Below, one piece after another: positions 1-9,022 of a DNA stretch of 64,000 bases (the first letter of the stretch is position 1; each line of letters starts with the position of its first letter). Below the pieces are notes generated by a model that was not told the DNA's origin, searched no databases, and was given only the letters and a program-made list of their open reading frames with translations. Both the position numbers and the translations under genes were made by a program. Source of the DNA: Candidatus Woesebacteria bacterium (GTDB taxonomy: Bacteria > Patescibacteriota > Microgenomatia > UBA8517); assembly GCA_013374835.1 (NCBI GenBank), contig CP055307.1, positions 279,315 through 343,314 on the forward strand, given 5' to 3'.

Positions 1-1149
1 AGGCCAAAGAAAGTGTCCATGGACAAAAGTGGAAACGCGGGTTATTTTGTCCCAGAAAGACATACCCGGAGTGACAAAAAAGTTATAGAGAATCCAGGAA
101 GAGTCGGATACACCCCATGCCCAGCGTTTTACTTGGGTGTATTGGCCTTTGAGAGTTTTGATGGTTGTGGTAGATTCCATGGCATCTGCATAGAGGGGCA
201 GGTAAAGAGGTTCTACTTCGATTTTTCCTTTGTTTTTGAAAAAAGCTTTGAAGAAAATGCCCCAGTCTTCCGGAATTCTATCCGGATCCCAGTAGCCTGT
301 TTTGTCTAATAGTTTGAAAGAGAGTGAGTAGTTTTGTTGGTTTATTAATCTATCTTTTCTTGGAAGCATTGAGAGTATAAAGATGGAAGCTAGAATATTT
401 GGCACGCGCGTTATTGCAGGCAAACGCCATATATTATTGTAAAGAAGTACTGCCGGTTGCCAGAATTTTTTGTAGCGATTTGGGTCGTCAAGGAATTTGT
501 AGGTTAGGACAGAAAAATGCTTGGGATGAAATACATGATCGGCGTCACAACTGGTAGCTGTTGTATAGTTCATGTCGATTTTTATTCTTTTTTTGGCGGT
601 TATAGCAGCATAGCGTTCGTTTGATGCTTTTCCAACTACTTCACCCGGAGCTAGCTTGTGAACGGTTACTAAAAAATTTGCAAAAATATTTCCAAATTTT
701 TTTTGTAGAAAATTTACTTTTTTCTCTCTTTCTTTTGAATCTTCTTTAAATTCCATTGCAAGAACTACGGAGATTTGTTTTTTGGAGATTTCTTGATTGG
801 CTAGTGAGTTTATTGTTCGGTCGAGAATGTGAATTGGTTCTTTGTATGTTGGGATAATAACTATGTGGTGAACTTTTTTGTAATCGGGGAATTTTTTGAT
901 ATCTGATATCCAATTGTAGTGTTTTGTTGCTTCAATTCTGAAGTGGGATATTGTTGCTGTTATTGCGATTCCGAAAGCTTGATAGAACCAATAGACGTTA
1001 AAAAGTAAAATAAAATAGGCGACTATTTCCGGAATTATAAATATCCCCCAATATGGAAAAAGTATTAGATTCCAAGAAACAAACCCGGGCAAAATTTCAA
1101 AGAATCTAAGAGATTTAGATTTGTGTTTGATTAAAAATTTTCTGAGCAT
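1..1149 (-). CDS. Family 2 glycosyltransferase, processive cellulose-synthase-like type. Partial: the C-terminus runs off the window edge.
   Basis: Hand translation of the minus strand from the ATG at 1149-1147 gives MLRKFLIKHKSKSLRFFEILPGFVSWNLILFPYWG... with no stop through position 1. It has N-terminal transmembrane helices, a DxD-like SCDADHVF and a QVKRWAWG (QxxRW) motif typical of processive GT2 enzymes. It is not in the ORF track because it is open at the window edge. Confidence 0.55.
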   Translation of the reverse strand, partial: MLRKFLIKHKSKSLRFFEILPGFVSWNLILFPYWGIFIIPEIVAYFILLFNVYWFYQAFGIAITATISHFRIEATKHYNWISDIKKFPDYKKVHHIVIIPTYKEPIHILDRTINSLANQEISKKQISVVLAMEFKEDSKEREKKVNFLQKKFGNIFANFLVTVHKLAPGEVVGKASNERYAAITAKKRIKIDMNYTTATSCDADHVFHPKHFSVLTYKFLDDPNRYKKFWQPAVLLYNNIWRLPAITRVPNILASIFILSMLPRKDRLINQQNYSLSFKLLDKTGYWDPDRIPEDWGIFFKAFFKNKGKIEVEPLYLPLYADAMESTTTIKTLKGQYTQVKRWAWGVSDSSWILYNFFVTPGMSFWDKITRVSTFVHGHFLWP

Positions 1150-1161
1150 ATTGGAATAGGT

Positions 1162-2589
1162 TTATTTTAATCTAGGAAATAGGACTAAGCCAGACAGTTT
1201 TTCTTTGGATATTAGTCTTGATATAATTTTTTCCGATGTTTCGGGTAGGAATGCACTAAGTGCCTCTGAGATGAAGTAGATATTTGTAAGTGAGTTTAAG
1301 ATGACAAGTTTTTTGTTTTTGGATTTTTTTTCCCACGGCTTGTTTTCATTAAGATATTTATCAGTTTTTTTAATTAAAGTCCATATAGATTTGGTTGCAA
1401 GATCAAATCTATAGATTTTAAGATGTTTTTTAAGTTCGTCTATAATTGGGTTTTTAGTTTTGTTTTTTTTGAACTTGATTTTGTTTTGATCTGCGAGTTT
1501 AAAGATTCTGGACACGAGGTTTCCGAGTCCGTTTGCAAGATCTGCTTGATATGTGTTTTCAAATTTTTTTATTGTAAAGTCGCTATCTAGGTAAGGATTG
1601 AGTTTGGCAAGCAGATAATACCTTACTGCATCGGTTCCATATTTTTGTACTAGATCGTATGGACTGATTGTGGTTCCTTGACTTTTGCTGATTTTTTGCC
1701 CATTTTGTGTGACGAAGCTATGGATAAATATTTGTTTTGTATTCGGTATATCTGCTGCCATAAGCATTGCTTGCCATATTGCTGATTGTTGGCGAAGATT
1801 GTCTTTGCCTGCTATTTGTATTCCGGGCCACCAATCGGAGATTTTTTTGTCCGGCCAGCCGAGGGTTGAAATATAGTTTATCAATGCGTCAAACCAAACG
1901 TACATGACATGATCTTTATCGTTTGGCACCTCGATTCCCCATGGCATTTTGGATTTTAGGCGAGAAATGCTGAAGTCTTTGATACCCGATTCTACAAATT
2001 TTATGACTTCGTTGTATTTTTCTTTTGGTAAAACAAAGTCTGGATTTTTTTTATAAAATTCCAAAAGAGGTCTTTGAAACTTGGAAAATTTAAAGAAATA
2101 GTTTTCTTCATGCCTTAACTCTATTTTTTTATCCGGGTGCAGTGGACAGCGCCCGTTTATAAGCTCCGAATCGGTTATCTCCATTTCGCATCCGACGCAA
2201 TATTTAGTTTCATATGTTTTTTTATCGATGAGTCCTTTTTGGTCACATATTTCCCAAAATTTTTGTGCAGCTTTTATGTGGTTTTGATCTGTTGTTCTTA
2301 TGAATTTGTTGTAACTTAAGTTTAGAGCTTTTTTGAGATTGTTGAATTTTTTGGCGTATTCATCGACATATGCTTTAGGGTTTTGATTTTTCTCAAGTGC
2401 TTTTTGGTATATTTTTTGGCCGTGTTCGTCGGTTCCGAAATTGAATATTACCTTATATCCGAGAAATCGGTGAAAACGAGCTAAGCAATCTGCCTCAACT
2501 ATTTCCATAGCGAAACCGATATGCGGATCTGCATTGACGTAAGGAAGCGTCGTTGTTATGTAGTAGCGCATGTGAGGATATTGTATCAA
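1162..2589 (-). CDS. metG: Methionyl-tRNA synthetase, short form
   Basis: Class I HIGH-type motif PYVNADPHIGFA, Cys knuckle CVGCEMEI...CPLHP, KMSKS-type KISKSQG, anticodon-binding C-terminus. 475 aa. Confidence 0.85.
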   Translation of the reverse strand: MIQYPHMRYYITTTLPYVNADPHIGFAMEIVEADCLARFHRFLGYKVIFNFGTDEHGQKIYQKALEKNQNPKAYVDEYAKKFNNLKKALNLSYNKFIRTTDQNHIKAAQKFWEICDQKGLIDKKTYETKYCVGCEMEITDSELINGRCPLHPDKKIELRHEENYFFKFSKFQRPLLEFYKKNPDFVLPKEKYNEVIKFVESGIKDFSISRLKSKMPWGIEVPNDKDHVMYVWFDALINYISTLGWPDKKISDWWPGIQIAGKDNLRQQSAIWQAMLMAADIPNTKQIFIHSFVTQNGQKISKSQGTTISPYDLVQKYGTDAVRYYLLAKLNPYLDSDFTIKKFENTYQADLANGLGNLVSRIFKLADQNKIKFKKNKTKNPIIDELKKHLKIYRFDLATKSIWTLIKKTDKYLNENKPWEKKSKNKKLVILNSLTNIYFISEALSAFLPETSEKIISRLISKEKLSGLVLFPRLK

Positions 2590-2595
2590 GAAGGT

Positions 2596-2949
2596 TTATC
2601 TTTTAACAAATTTTTTAATTTTTACAGACCATTTATTTGCCCACTCTTCGGCTTCGAGTTTTTTTAGTACTATTTGAAACCCCCCTTTTTTAAAATTTTC
2701 TTGAACAGAGGCTATGGTTGCGCTTGATACTTTAAGGTTTTGTTTTATATTTTCGTAGCTTCTGCCCTTTTTTAACCAATAAGCTACTGCCAATCTTTTG
2801 GACAAAGTTTCAAACTCTGATTTTGTTAGAAAATCCGTGAGAAAGTGTTTTGATTCATTAATTGTTTTTATATCAGCAATACTTTGAATAAAAGCTTTTT
2901 CGATTTCTTTTTTTAAAGAGATATTTATTTTTTTTTGAGAGATTTTCAT
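2596..2949 (-). CDS. TrpR-like YerC/YecD family DNA-binding protein
   Basis: The C-terminal half, FLTDFLTKSEFETLSKRLAVAYWLKKGRSYENIKQNLKVSSATIASV...GGF, resembles the YerC/YecD Trp-repressor-like helix-turn-helix. Confidence 0.45.
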   Translation of the reverse strand: MKISQKKINISLKKEIEKAFIQSIADIKTINESKHFLTDFLTKSEFETLSKRLAVAYWLKKGRSYENIKQNLKVSSATIASVQENFKKGGFQIVLKKLEAEEWANKWSVKIKKFVKR

Positions 2950-2985
2950 TTGTTTGTTTCTTTAATTGAAGTATAACAGAGTATG

Positions 2986-3306
2986 TCAATTATGTTTTGA
3001 AATATAAAGATTGAAAGCTATGGTTGATCCAAAAAGCAGGAGAATATTGAGAAGGTTGCCTATGCCAAAATATCTAAGGATGAGTGCAAAAACTATGGAT
3101 AAGCTAAATAGAAAGCCTTTTTTGGAGTTTGTGAATATTACTGAAAGAGTGAAGAAAAGGGCGAGAAAAAGAACTAAAAAAAATACTGGGATGGCGCCAA
3201 AGTCTTTGGGGCTTGTAAAGACTATAATAACCGAGAGCAGTGTCCAGAGAATTATAATTATTAAAGAAAGTATTAAACCACTTGAGTGGCTTTTTTTTGA
3301 TTTCAT
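2986..3306 (-). CDS. Small polytopic membrane protein, hypothetical
   Basis: 106 aa with 3-4 hydrophobic helices. Co-directional with its neighbours. The overlapping plus-strand ORF 3011-3319 is highly basic, as expected for the antisense of a hydrophobic gene. Confidence 0.4.
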   Translation of the reverse strand: MKSKKSHSSGLILSLIIIILWTLLSVIIVFTSPKDFGAIPVFFLVLFLALFFTLSVIFTNSKKGFLFSLSIVFALILRYFGIGNLLNILLLFGSTIAFNLYISKHN

Positions 3307-3350
3307 TATTTTATTTTAGACTAAGAGGATGCTAAAATGCTTGTTGAAAC

Positions 3351-4346
3351 ATGGATCCGATTATAATTCTGATATTAATTTTGGGCGGGATTTTGATTTT
3401 GGGATTGTGGGTAAATAAGAAACTTAATGATATTTTTGAAAAACAAAAGCCTTCTAACGAATTGATGGAAATAGTAAAGCTTCTTCAGGAGGGTTCTAAG
3501 GAGGATAGAAGGACACTACTTGAGTCTTTACAGAAAAATACTCAATCTCTTAACGAGAGGCTTGATAATGCTGCTAAGGTGATAGGAGAAGTTCAGAGAA
3601 ACATCGGTGAGTTTAGTGAGATCGGAAGAGGAATGAAGGAGCTTCAAGAATTTCTTCAGAGCCCGAAGCTTAGAGGAAATATTGGAGAGCAAGTTTTGAA
3701 GGATTTGATTGCCCAGATGTTTCCGAAGAGTAGTTTTTTTCTTCAGTACACTTTTAAATCCGGTGAAAAGGTTGATGCTGCCATAAAGACTGGTGCCGGT
3801 ATACTTCCTATTGATTCTAAATTTCCAATGGAAAATTTTCAGAAAATGTCTAAAGCCGAGAGAGAAGATGTAAATTTATATCGAAAAGCTTTTATAAGAG
3901 ATATCAAAAAGCACATAAAAGATATTAGTCGCAAGTATATATTGCCCGATGAAGGAACTATGGATTTTGCGCTTATGTATGTGCCTAGTGAAGCGGTTTA
4001 TTACGAGCTTGTGAGAGAGCAAGAGCTTTTAGAGATGGCACAAAGAGCGAGGGTTTATCCGGTCTCCCCTACTACTTTATATTCACATCTTCAAACTATT
4101 CTTTTGTCGTTTGAAGGAAAGAAAATAGAAACACAAGCTCGTGAGGTGTTTGGGATGCTTAGGGCTATAAGAAAGGATTATTCAAGAGTAGAAGAAAGTT
4201 TGACTACTCTTCAGAGGCATATAAATAATTCTTATAATATGATGGGTAATGTTTTGACTTATTTTAGTCATTTGGGGAGAAAAATAGACGCTACTAATAA
4301 TTTGAAGGAAGGTGGGGAAAAATTTCTTGACGAGCAGAAATCTTAA
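3351..4346 (+). CDS. rmuC: DNA recombination protein RmuC
   Basis: N-terminal transmembrane helix, coiled-coil region and the RmuC-type core LRGNIGEQVLKDLI...YILPDEGTMDFALMYVPSEAVYYE. Confidence 0.7.
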   Translation: MDPIIILILILGGILILGLWVNKKLNDIFEKQKPSNELMEIVKLLQEGSKEDRRTLLESLQKNTQSLNERLDNAAKVIGEVQRNIGEFSEIGRGMKELQEFLQSPKLRGNIGEQVLKDLIAQMFPKSSFFLQYTFKSGEKVDAAIKTGAGILPIDSKFPMENFQKMSKAEREDVNLYRKAFIRDIKKHIKDISRKYILPDEGTMDFALMYVPSEAVYYELVREQELLEMAQRARVYPVSPTTLYSHLQTILLSFEGKKIETQAREVFGMLRAIRKDYSRVEESLTTLQRHINNSYNMMGNVLTYFSHLGRKIDATNNLKEGGEKFLDEQKS

Positions 4347-7245
4347 TAAGCAGCAAATTGACGCGGTTGAACATAAAAAGGGTCCGCTTCTTATTATTGC
4401 GGGGGCAGGTACGGGTAAGACAACTGTAATAACAGAAAGAATTAAATATCTTATTTCTTCCGGTTTGGCGAAGCCTAATGAGATACTTGCTTTGAGTTTT
4501 ACCGAAAAGGCGTCTTTTGAGATGGTTGAGCGCGTTGATCAGGAGATGCCATACGGATATACCCAGATGTGGATATCTACTTTTCATTCTTTTTGTGACA
4601 AAGTTTTGAGGGCAGAAGCTTTGGAGGTTGGGCTTAATCCAAGATATAGATTGTTAACAGAAGCAGAGTCTATCGGGCTTTTGAGAGAAAATATTTTTGA
4701 GCTTGGTTTGTCTTATTTTAGACCACTTGGGAATCCAAACAAATTTTTGGACGCTATTTTGAAGCATTTTTCCAGACTTCAGGATGAGGATATAGCTCCG
4801 GGTGAATATATTGCCTGGGTAAATTCTAAAATAAAAACATTAAATTCTAAACCGGATAATGGAGAAAAGTTGGAGATTGAAAAATGGAGCGAACTTGCGC
4901 AGGCTTATAAAAAATTCGACGAGATAAAGATTCGTAAGGGTTTAATGGATTTTGGCGATTTGATAGTAAAGACTCTTGATCTTTTTAGAAAACGGCCAAA
5001 TATACTCTCGAGGTATAGGGAGCAGTTTAAGTATATACTTGTTGATGAGTTTCAGGATACTAATTTTGCTCAAAACGAGCTTGCAATTTTGCTTTCTGGG
5101 AATCAAGCTAATATTACTGTTTGTGGAGACGATGACCAAAGCATATATAGATTTAGGGGTGCTGCTGTTAGTAATATTTTTCAGTTTCGCAGAACTTTTC
5201 CTAAGGCTAAGGTTGTGGTTTTGACTAAAAATTACAGGTCAATACAGAAAATTTTGGATGCATCGTATAAATTGATTCAAAATAACAATCCGGATAGGCT
5301 CGAGGTTATTGAAGGGATCGATAAAAAGCTTTCCTGTGATTTAGAAAATGATTCCGGTGGAGTATTTTTTATACATGCGCAAAGGGGTGAAGAAGAGGCT
5401 GAGCTTGTGGCAAAAAAGGTTTTAGAACTTGTGGATTCGGAAAATTTTGATTTTAGAGATTTTGCAGTACTTGTCCGAGCAAATAATCAGGCTGAGTCTT
5501 TTGTTCGCGCCTTTTCAAGAGCAGGGGTACCCTATCAGTTTTTGGGGCCGGGGCGTCTTTTTAGACAGCCCGAGGTGGTAGATTTTATTTCGTATCTAAA
5601 GGTGCTTTATGATCCTACCGATTCAGTTTCTTTTTACAGGGTTCTTTCTTTGGATCATTTGAAGATTGATTCTAGAGATGTTTCGTTTATTGGTAGTTAT
5701 GCAAAGAAAAATAATATGTCTTTATATGAGGCTGCAGAGTGTGTTGGGGAGATAAATAATATAAGCGAACAATCCAAAGAAAAGGTTTTAAATTTGGTTA
5801 GAATTATTAAGCACCATTTGGGTTTGATAAAAAAAGAGACTGCGGGGCAGATATTGTATTATTTTTTGGAAGAAACCGGTATTATCAAAAATTTAGTTGA
5901 TCCATCCAGTGAAAAAGCGGAAAACGAAGCGAAGAATATATCTAAGTTTTTTGATAAATTAAAATCTTTTGAAACAGATTATGAAAGAGCCGATGTTTAT
6001 AGCGTTGTTGACTGGATAGATTTGTCCATGGAGCTTGGTGAGTCTCCTTTGGCTTCGACAGAAGATTGGGGTGAGAATAATGCTGTAAATATATTGACTG
6101 TGCATTCGAGTAAGGGACTTGAGTTTCCTGTTGTTTTTTTAGTAAATCTTGTTGAGCAGAGGTTTCCTTCGATTGAGAGGCGTGAGCTTATACCGATTCC
6201 CGATGAACTTATAAAAGAGACTCTGCCTTCGGGTGATTATCATCTTCAGGAGGAAAGAAGACTTTTTTATGTGGGTATGACAAGAGCTCAGAAGTATTTG
6301 TTTTTTAGTGCAGCCGACTATTATTCTGATGGTAAAAGGCAAAGGCGATTGTCTCCTTTTTTGTTTGAAGCTTTGGGCGAGGATATTTCTTTTTTGGAGC
6401 AAAAAAATGCAAAGCAGCTATCATTTCTTGATTATTCAGGAGAAAATAAGGCAGGTTTGTCTAGTTCCCGGGTAAAGCATGTGGTTTACTATCTTTCGTA
6501 TTCCCAGATAAGAACGTTTGAGATTTGTCCGCTTCATTATAAGCTTTCTTATGTTTTGAAGATTCCTACTTCTCCGTCACCTTCAATGAGTTTTGGTACA
6601 AGCGTTCATGAAACATTGAAAGATTTTTATAATCTAGTAAAGTCGGGCAGAAAGCCTGGTAAAAAGTTGCTTGAAGAGATTCTTAAGGATGATTGGATTA
6701 GAGCTGGATATAAAAGCAAAAGACATGAAAAAGAGGCTTTTGAAAAAGCGCTTATATTTTTGAGAGAGTATTATGATAAAGAGTTTGATTATGCAAATTT
6801 GCCCATATTAGTTGAACAGGATTTTTCTATCCCGCTTTATGAAGAAACGGAAAGCGGACGGGAGAAGGTAAGAATTGGTGGAAAGATGGATAGGGTTGAT
6901 TTATTAAGCAATGGGGGAATAGAGATTGTTGACTATAAAACAGGAGAAGAAATTCCGACCCAAAAGGAGGCTGATAAAGACCTCCAGCTTAGTATTTATG
7001 CTTTGGCTGCAACCTGTATAAATACAGAACCGTTTGGTAAGAATGTTGAGGATATCAAGTTATCGCTTTATTATTTTGAGGATCAGACAAAGATAGTTAC
7101 CAAAAGAAGTAAAGCTCAGCTTGAAGAGGCAAAAAAGAAAATATTTGAGGTTAAAAAAGAAATCGAAAACAGCGATTTTAGGTGTAGCGGAAGTTATATT
7201 TGTCGAAATTGTGAGTATTCTATGTTTTGTAAAACAGATTTTTGA
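4312..7245 (+). CDS. UvrD/PcrA-like superfamily 1 helicase fused to a C-terminal Cas4/AddB-like PD-(D/E)xK nuclease with an Fe-S Cys cluster
   Basis: Walker A GAGTGKTT, DEFQDTN (motif II), TVHSSKGLEFPVVFLV and YVGMTRAQ helicase motifs. After about 650 aa comes a nuclease module with an early Cys (EICPLHY), IVDYKTG (D/ExK), QLSIYALA (QxxxY) and a terminal cluster CSGSYICRNCEYSMFC. The start is uncertain: the ORF overlaps rmuC by 35 nt. Confidence 0.7.
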   Translation: MGKNFLTSRNLNKQQIDAVEHKKGPLLIIAGAGTGKTTVITERIKYLISSGLAKPNEILALSFTEKASFEMVERVDQEMPYGYTQMWISTFHSFCDKVLRAEALEVGLNPRYRLLTEAESIGLLRENIFELGLSYFRPLGNPNKFLDAILKHFSRLQDEDIAPGEYIAWVNSKIKTLNSKPDNGEKLEIEKWSELAQAYKKFDEIKIRKGLMDFGDLIVKTLDLFRKRPNILSRYREQFKYILVDEFQDTNFAQNELAILLSGNQANITVCGDDDQSIYRFRGAAVSNIFQFRRTFPKAKVVVLTKNYRSIQKILDASYKLIQNNNPDRLEVIEGIDKKLSCDLENDSGGVFFIHAQRGEEEAELVAKKVLELVDSENFDFRDFAVLVRANNQAESFVRAFSRAGVPYQFLGPGRLFRQPEVVDFISYLKVLYDPTDSVSFYRVLSLDHLKIDSRDVSFIGSYAKKNNMSLYEAAECVGEINNISEQSKEKVLNLVRIIKHHLGLIKKETAGQILYYFLEETGIIKNLVDPSSEKAENEAKNISKFFDKLKSFETDYERADVYSVVDWIDLSMELGESPLASTEDWGENNAVNILTVHSSKGLEFPVVFLVNLVEQRFPSIERRELIPIPDELIKETLPSGDYHLQEERRLFYVGMTRAQKYLFFSAADYYSDGKRQRRLSPFLFEALGEDISFLEQKNAKQLSFLDYSGENKAGLSSSRVKHVVYYLSYSQIRTFEICPLHYKLSYVLKIPTSPSPSMSFGTSVHETLKDFYNLVKSGRKPGKKLLEEILKDDWIRAGYKSKRHEKEAFEKALIFLREYYDKEFDYANLPILVEQDFSIPLYEETESGREKVRIGGKMDRVDLLSNGGIEIVDYKTGEEIPTQKEADKDLQLSIYALAATCINTEPFGKNVEDIKLSLYYFEDQTKIVTKRSKAQLEEAKKKIFEVKKEIENSDFRCSGSYICRNCEYSMFCKTDF

Positions 7246-8050
7246 AATAAGTTTTACTGAGGCTTTGCGGAAAAATAACTTCTTTGTCTCCGAAACTTTT
7301 TTTGAAATGGGTAAAGCCGAGCCAGCTTTTGTTTGGGTAACGGTTATCGTAGATGCCTTCGAAATCGAATGTTTTGGCTTTTTTCTCTTTTGCCCAGAGG
7401 ATTCCCTGCCAGACAATTTGGTACTGGATTAATGATTTTTTGGCTTTATTGCTTGTGAATGCCTGCCAGTAATAGGCTGTGGGGCCTGCTTTTAGAAAAA
7501 TAGCGCCTGCTGTAAAGTCCTGTGTAGTTAAAAAAAGGGAGTTTTTTTTAAACGATTTTTTAAGGTTTCTTAGATTTTTACGAGAGGGGACGTAGCGAGT
7601 GAAGGGTACAGAGCTTTTCCAGGCTTTATGAAATTCGTAAATTTTAGGAAGTAAGGAGAGGTTGGTAAGATGTGAGTTTTTTGTTTTGCGCAGGGCATAG
7701 CGGCAGTTTTTTTTAAAATTAGAATAGAGCTTTTCTTCCATTTGGGTGAGATCAATAGTTAAGGTTTTTGACGGCAGGTAAGGAGATTTTGTTTTACGAA
7801 ATCCGTAATCAGTAAGAAGGAAATTGTAATCGGTATTTAATGAGGGTTCGATGAGGATTTGGAAGGGGTGGTATTTGTCTTCGAGTGTTTTGATTAGTTT
7901 GGGGGTGATGACAGCAGGGCGCTGGATTTTTATAAAATGGCCGATGAGGGGGAACTTTTTGATGTAGGAGTATGTGCCTTCGGTTTTATCGACAGTCCAG
8001 CCTTCTAGGGACATGAAGCGGGCATAGGATGAGGATTGGCGAATATCCAT
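7220..8050 (-). CDS. FemAB-family peptidyltransferase (FemX-like), paralog 2
   Basis: C-terminal motif AYYWQAFTSN...QIVWQGILWAKEKKAKTFDFEGI matches the FemABX aminoacyl-transferase fold. 276 aa. Confidence 0.6.
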   Translation of the reverse strand: MDIRQSSSYARFMSLEGWTVDKTEGTYSYIKKFPLIGHFIKIQRPAVITPKLIKTLEDKYHPFQILIEPSLNTDYNFLLTDYGFRKTKSPYLPSKTLTIDLTQMEEKLYSNFKKNCRYALRKTKNSHLTNLSLLPKIYEFHKAWKSSVPFTRYVPSRKNLRNLKKSFKKNSLFLTTQDFTAGAIFLKAGPTAYYWQAFTSNKAKKSLIQYQIVWQGILWAKEKKAKTFDFEGIYDNRYPNKSWLGFTHFKKSFGDKEVIFPQSLSKTYFKNLFYKT

Positions 8051-8051
8051 A

Positions 8052-8996
8052 TTAGAATTTTGGCTTGATAAAGCGGGATTTGGTGCGCAGGAAACTCCAA
8101 CGGAGAAAATCTATAGTGCGGTAGGTGTAGTAGAGAGGTTTGTTAATGACTAGATCCCAAGTGCCGATGAATTCGACGACTTTGGGATTGTAGCCTTCTT
8201 TGAAACGGGTAAAACCCTTGCCTTCTTCCCTGCCCCAGAGATCGAATATTTTAAGGTTTCTTTTTTTTCCAAAGCGGATTGCCTCCCACATCATAAGGTT
8301 ATTGGCCATGACATTTTTATATTTATCGGAGGAAGCGCCGTAGGGATAATACAGGAATCCTTTATAAGCGAATAATATCCAAGCAGTTATTATTTTTTTT
8401 TGGTAAGTCGCGGTTAGAAGGAAGGCTAAAGGCTTGTGGTTTGTGGCTTGGGGTTTGGTGTGAAGGTGGTTCCACATGAGGCGGTGGTAACGCTCGGAGT
8501 GGGCGTAGAAGCCTTGCCTTTGAACGGTTTCGCGGGTTAGTTTAAGATAGTTTTCAAAAGCTTGATCTGAATTATTAAGTTGAACTTTTACGCCGCGTTT
8601 TTGGGCAAGACGGATATTGTATCTAGTTTTTGAGGAAAAGCTTTTTAAAAGTTCATCTTTGGTTTTTGTAAGGTCGATCCAGAATGAGGTTGAAGTAAAG
8701 AGGGTTTTGCCTGGCACGCAATTATTTTTTTTGAGGAGGTCTTCAAGTCCTTGCTCTTTGGGGGTAAAAGGCTCGATTTTGATAAAAATCAGATTGTTTT
8801 CTTTAGCAATTTTTTTAAGGTCGGTGAGCATTGGTTGAGTGGGTTTGGGGCCTCGGATAAACATACCTACTTTGTAGCTGGTAACCGGTAACTTGTGACA
8901 AGTAATATATCCATATTTGGTTTTGATAACTTCGTTGCCCCAAGTACGCCTAAAGTCCGCCCAAAATTTGGATTGAAGGGGGTGTTGCGGTAGCAT
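8052..8996 (-). CDS. FemAB-family peptidyltransferase (FemX-like), paralog 1
   Basis: ILFAYKGFLYYPYGASSDKYKNVMANNLMMWEAIRFGKKRNLKIFDLWG...FKEGY has the same pattern as the FemX C-terminal half. Its stop lies 1 nt from the start of paralog 2. Confidence 0.65.
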   Translation of the reverse strand: MLPQHPLQSKFWADFRRTWGNEVIKTKYGYITCHKLPVTSYKVGMFIRGPKPTQPMLTDLKKIAKENNLIFIKIEPFTPKEQGLEDLLKKNNCVPGKTLFTSTSFWIDLTKTKDELLKSFSSKTRYNIRLAQKRGVKVQLNNSDQAFENYLKLTRETVQRQGFYAHSERYHRLMWNHLHTKPQATNHKPLAFLLTATYQKKIITAWILFAYKGFLYYPYGASSDKYKNVMANNLMMWEAIRFGKKRNLKIFDLWGREEGKGFTRFKEGYNPKVVEFIGTWDLVINKPLYYTYRTIDFLRWSFLRTKSRFIKPKF

Positions 8997-9022
8997 GAGC
9001 TTATTATAACAGCATTAATTTT

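Noticed and set aside
13-309. 98-aa plus-strand ORF at the window start
   Set aside because: It lies antisense inside the much longer minus-strand GT2 glycosyltransferase reading frame (1-1149), which has coherent family motifs. It has no recognisable features of its own.
3011-3319. Highly basic 102-aa plus-strand ORF
   Set aside because: It is the mirror image of the hydrophobic minus-strand membrane protein ORF 2986-3306, which is co-oriented with the flanking genes.
7220-8996. Possibility that the two FemAB ORFs are one gene split by a frameshift
   Set aside because: Each ORF independently carries the complete FemX-like C-terminal motif block, and the combined length (590 aa) would exceed any FemABX protein. 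Tandem paralogs are the better explanation.
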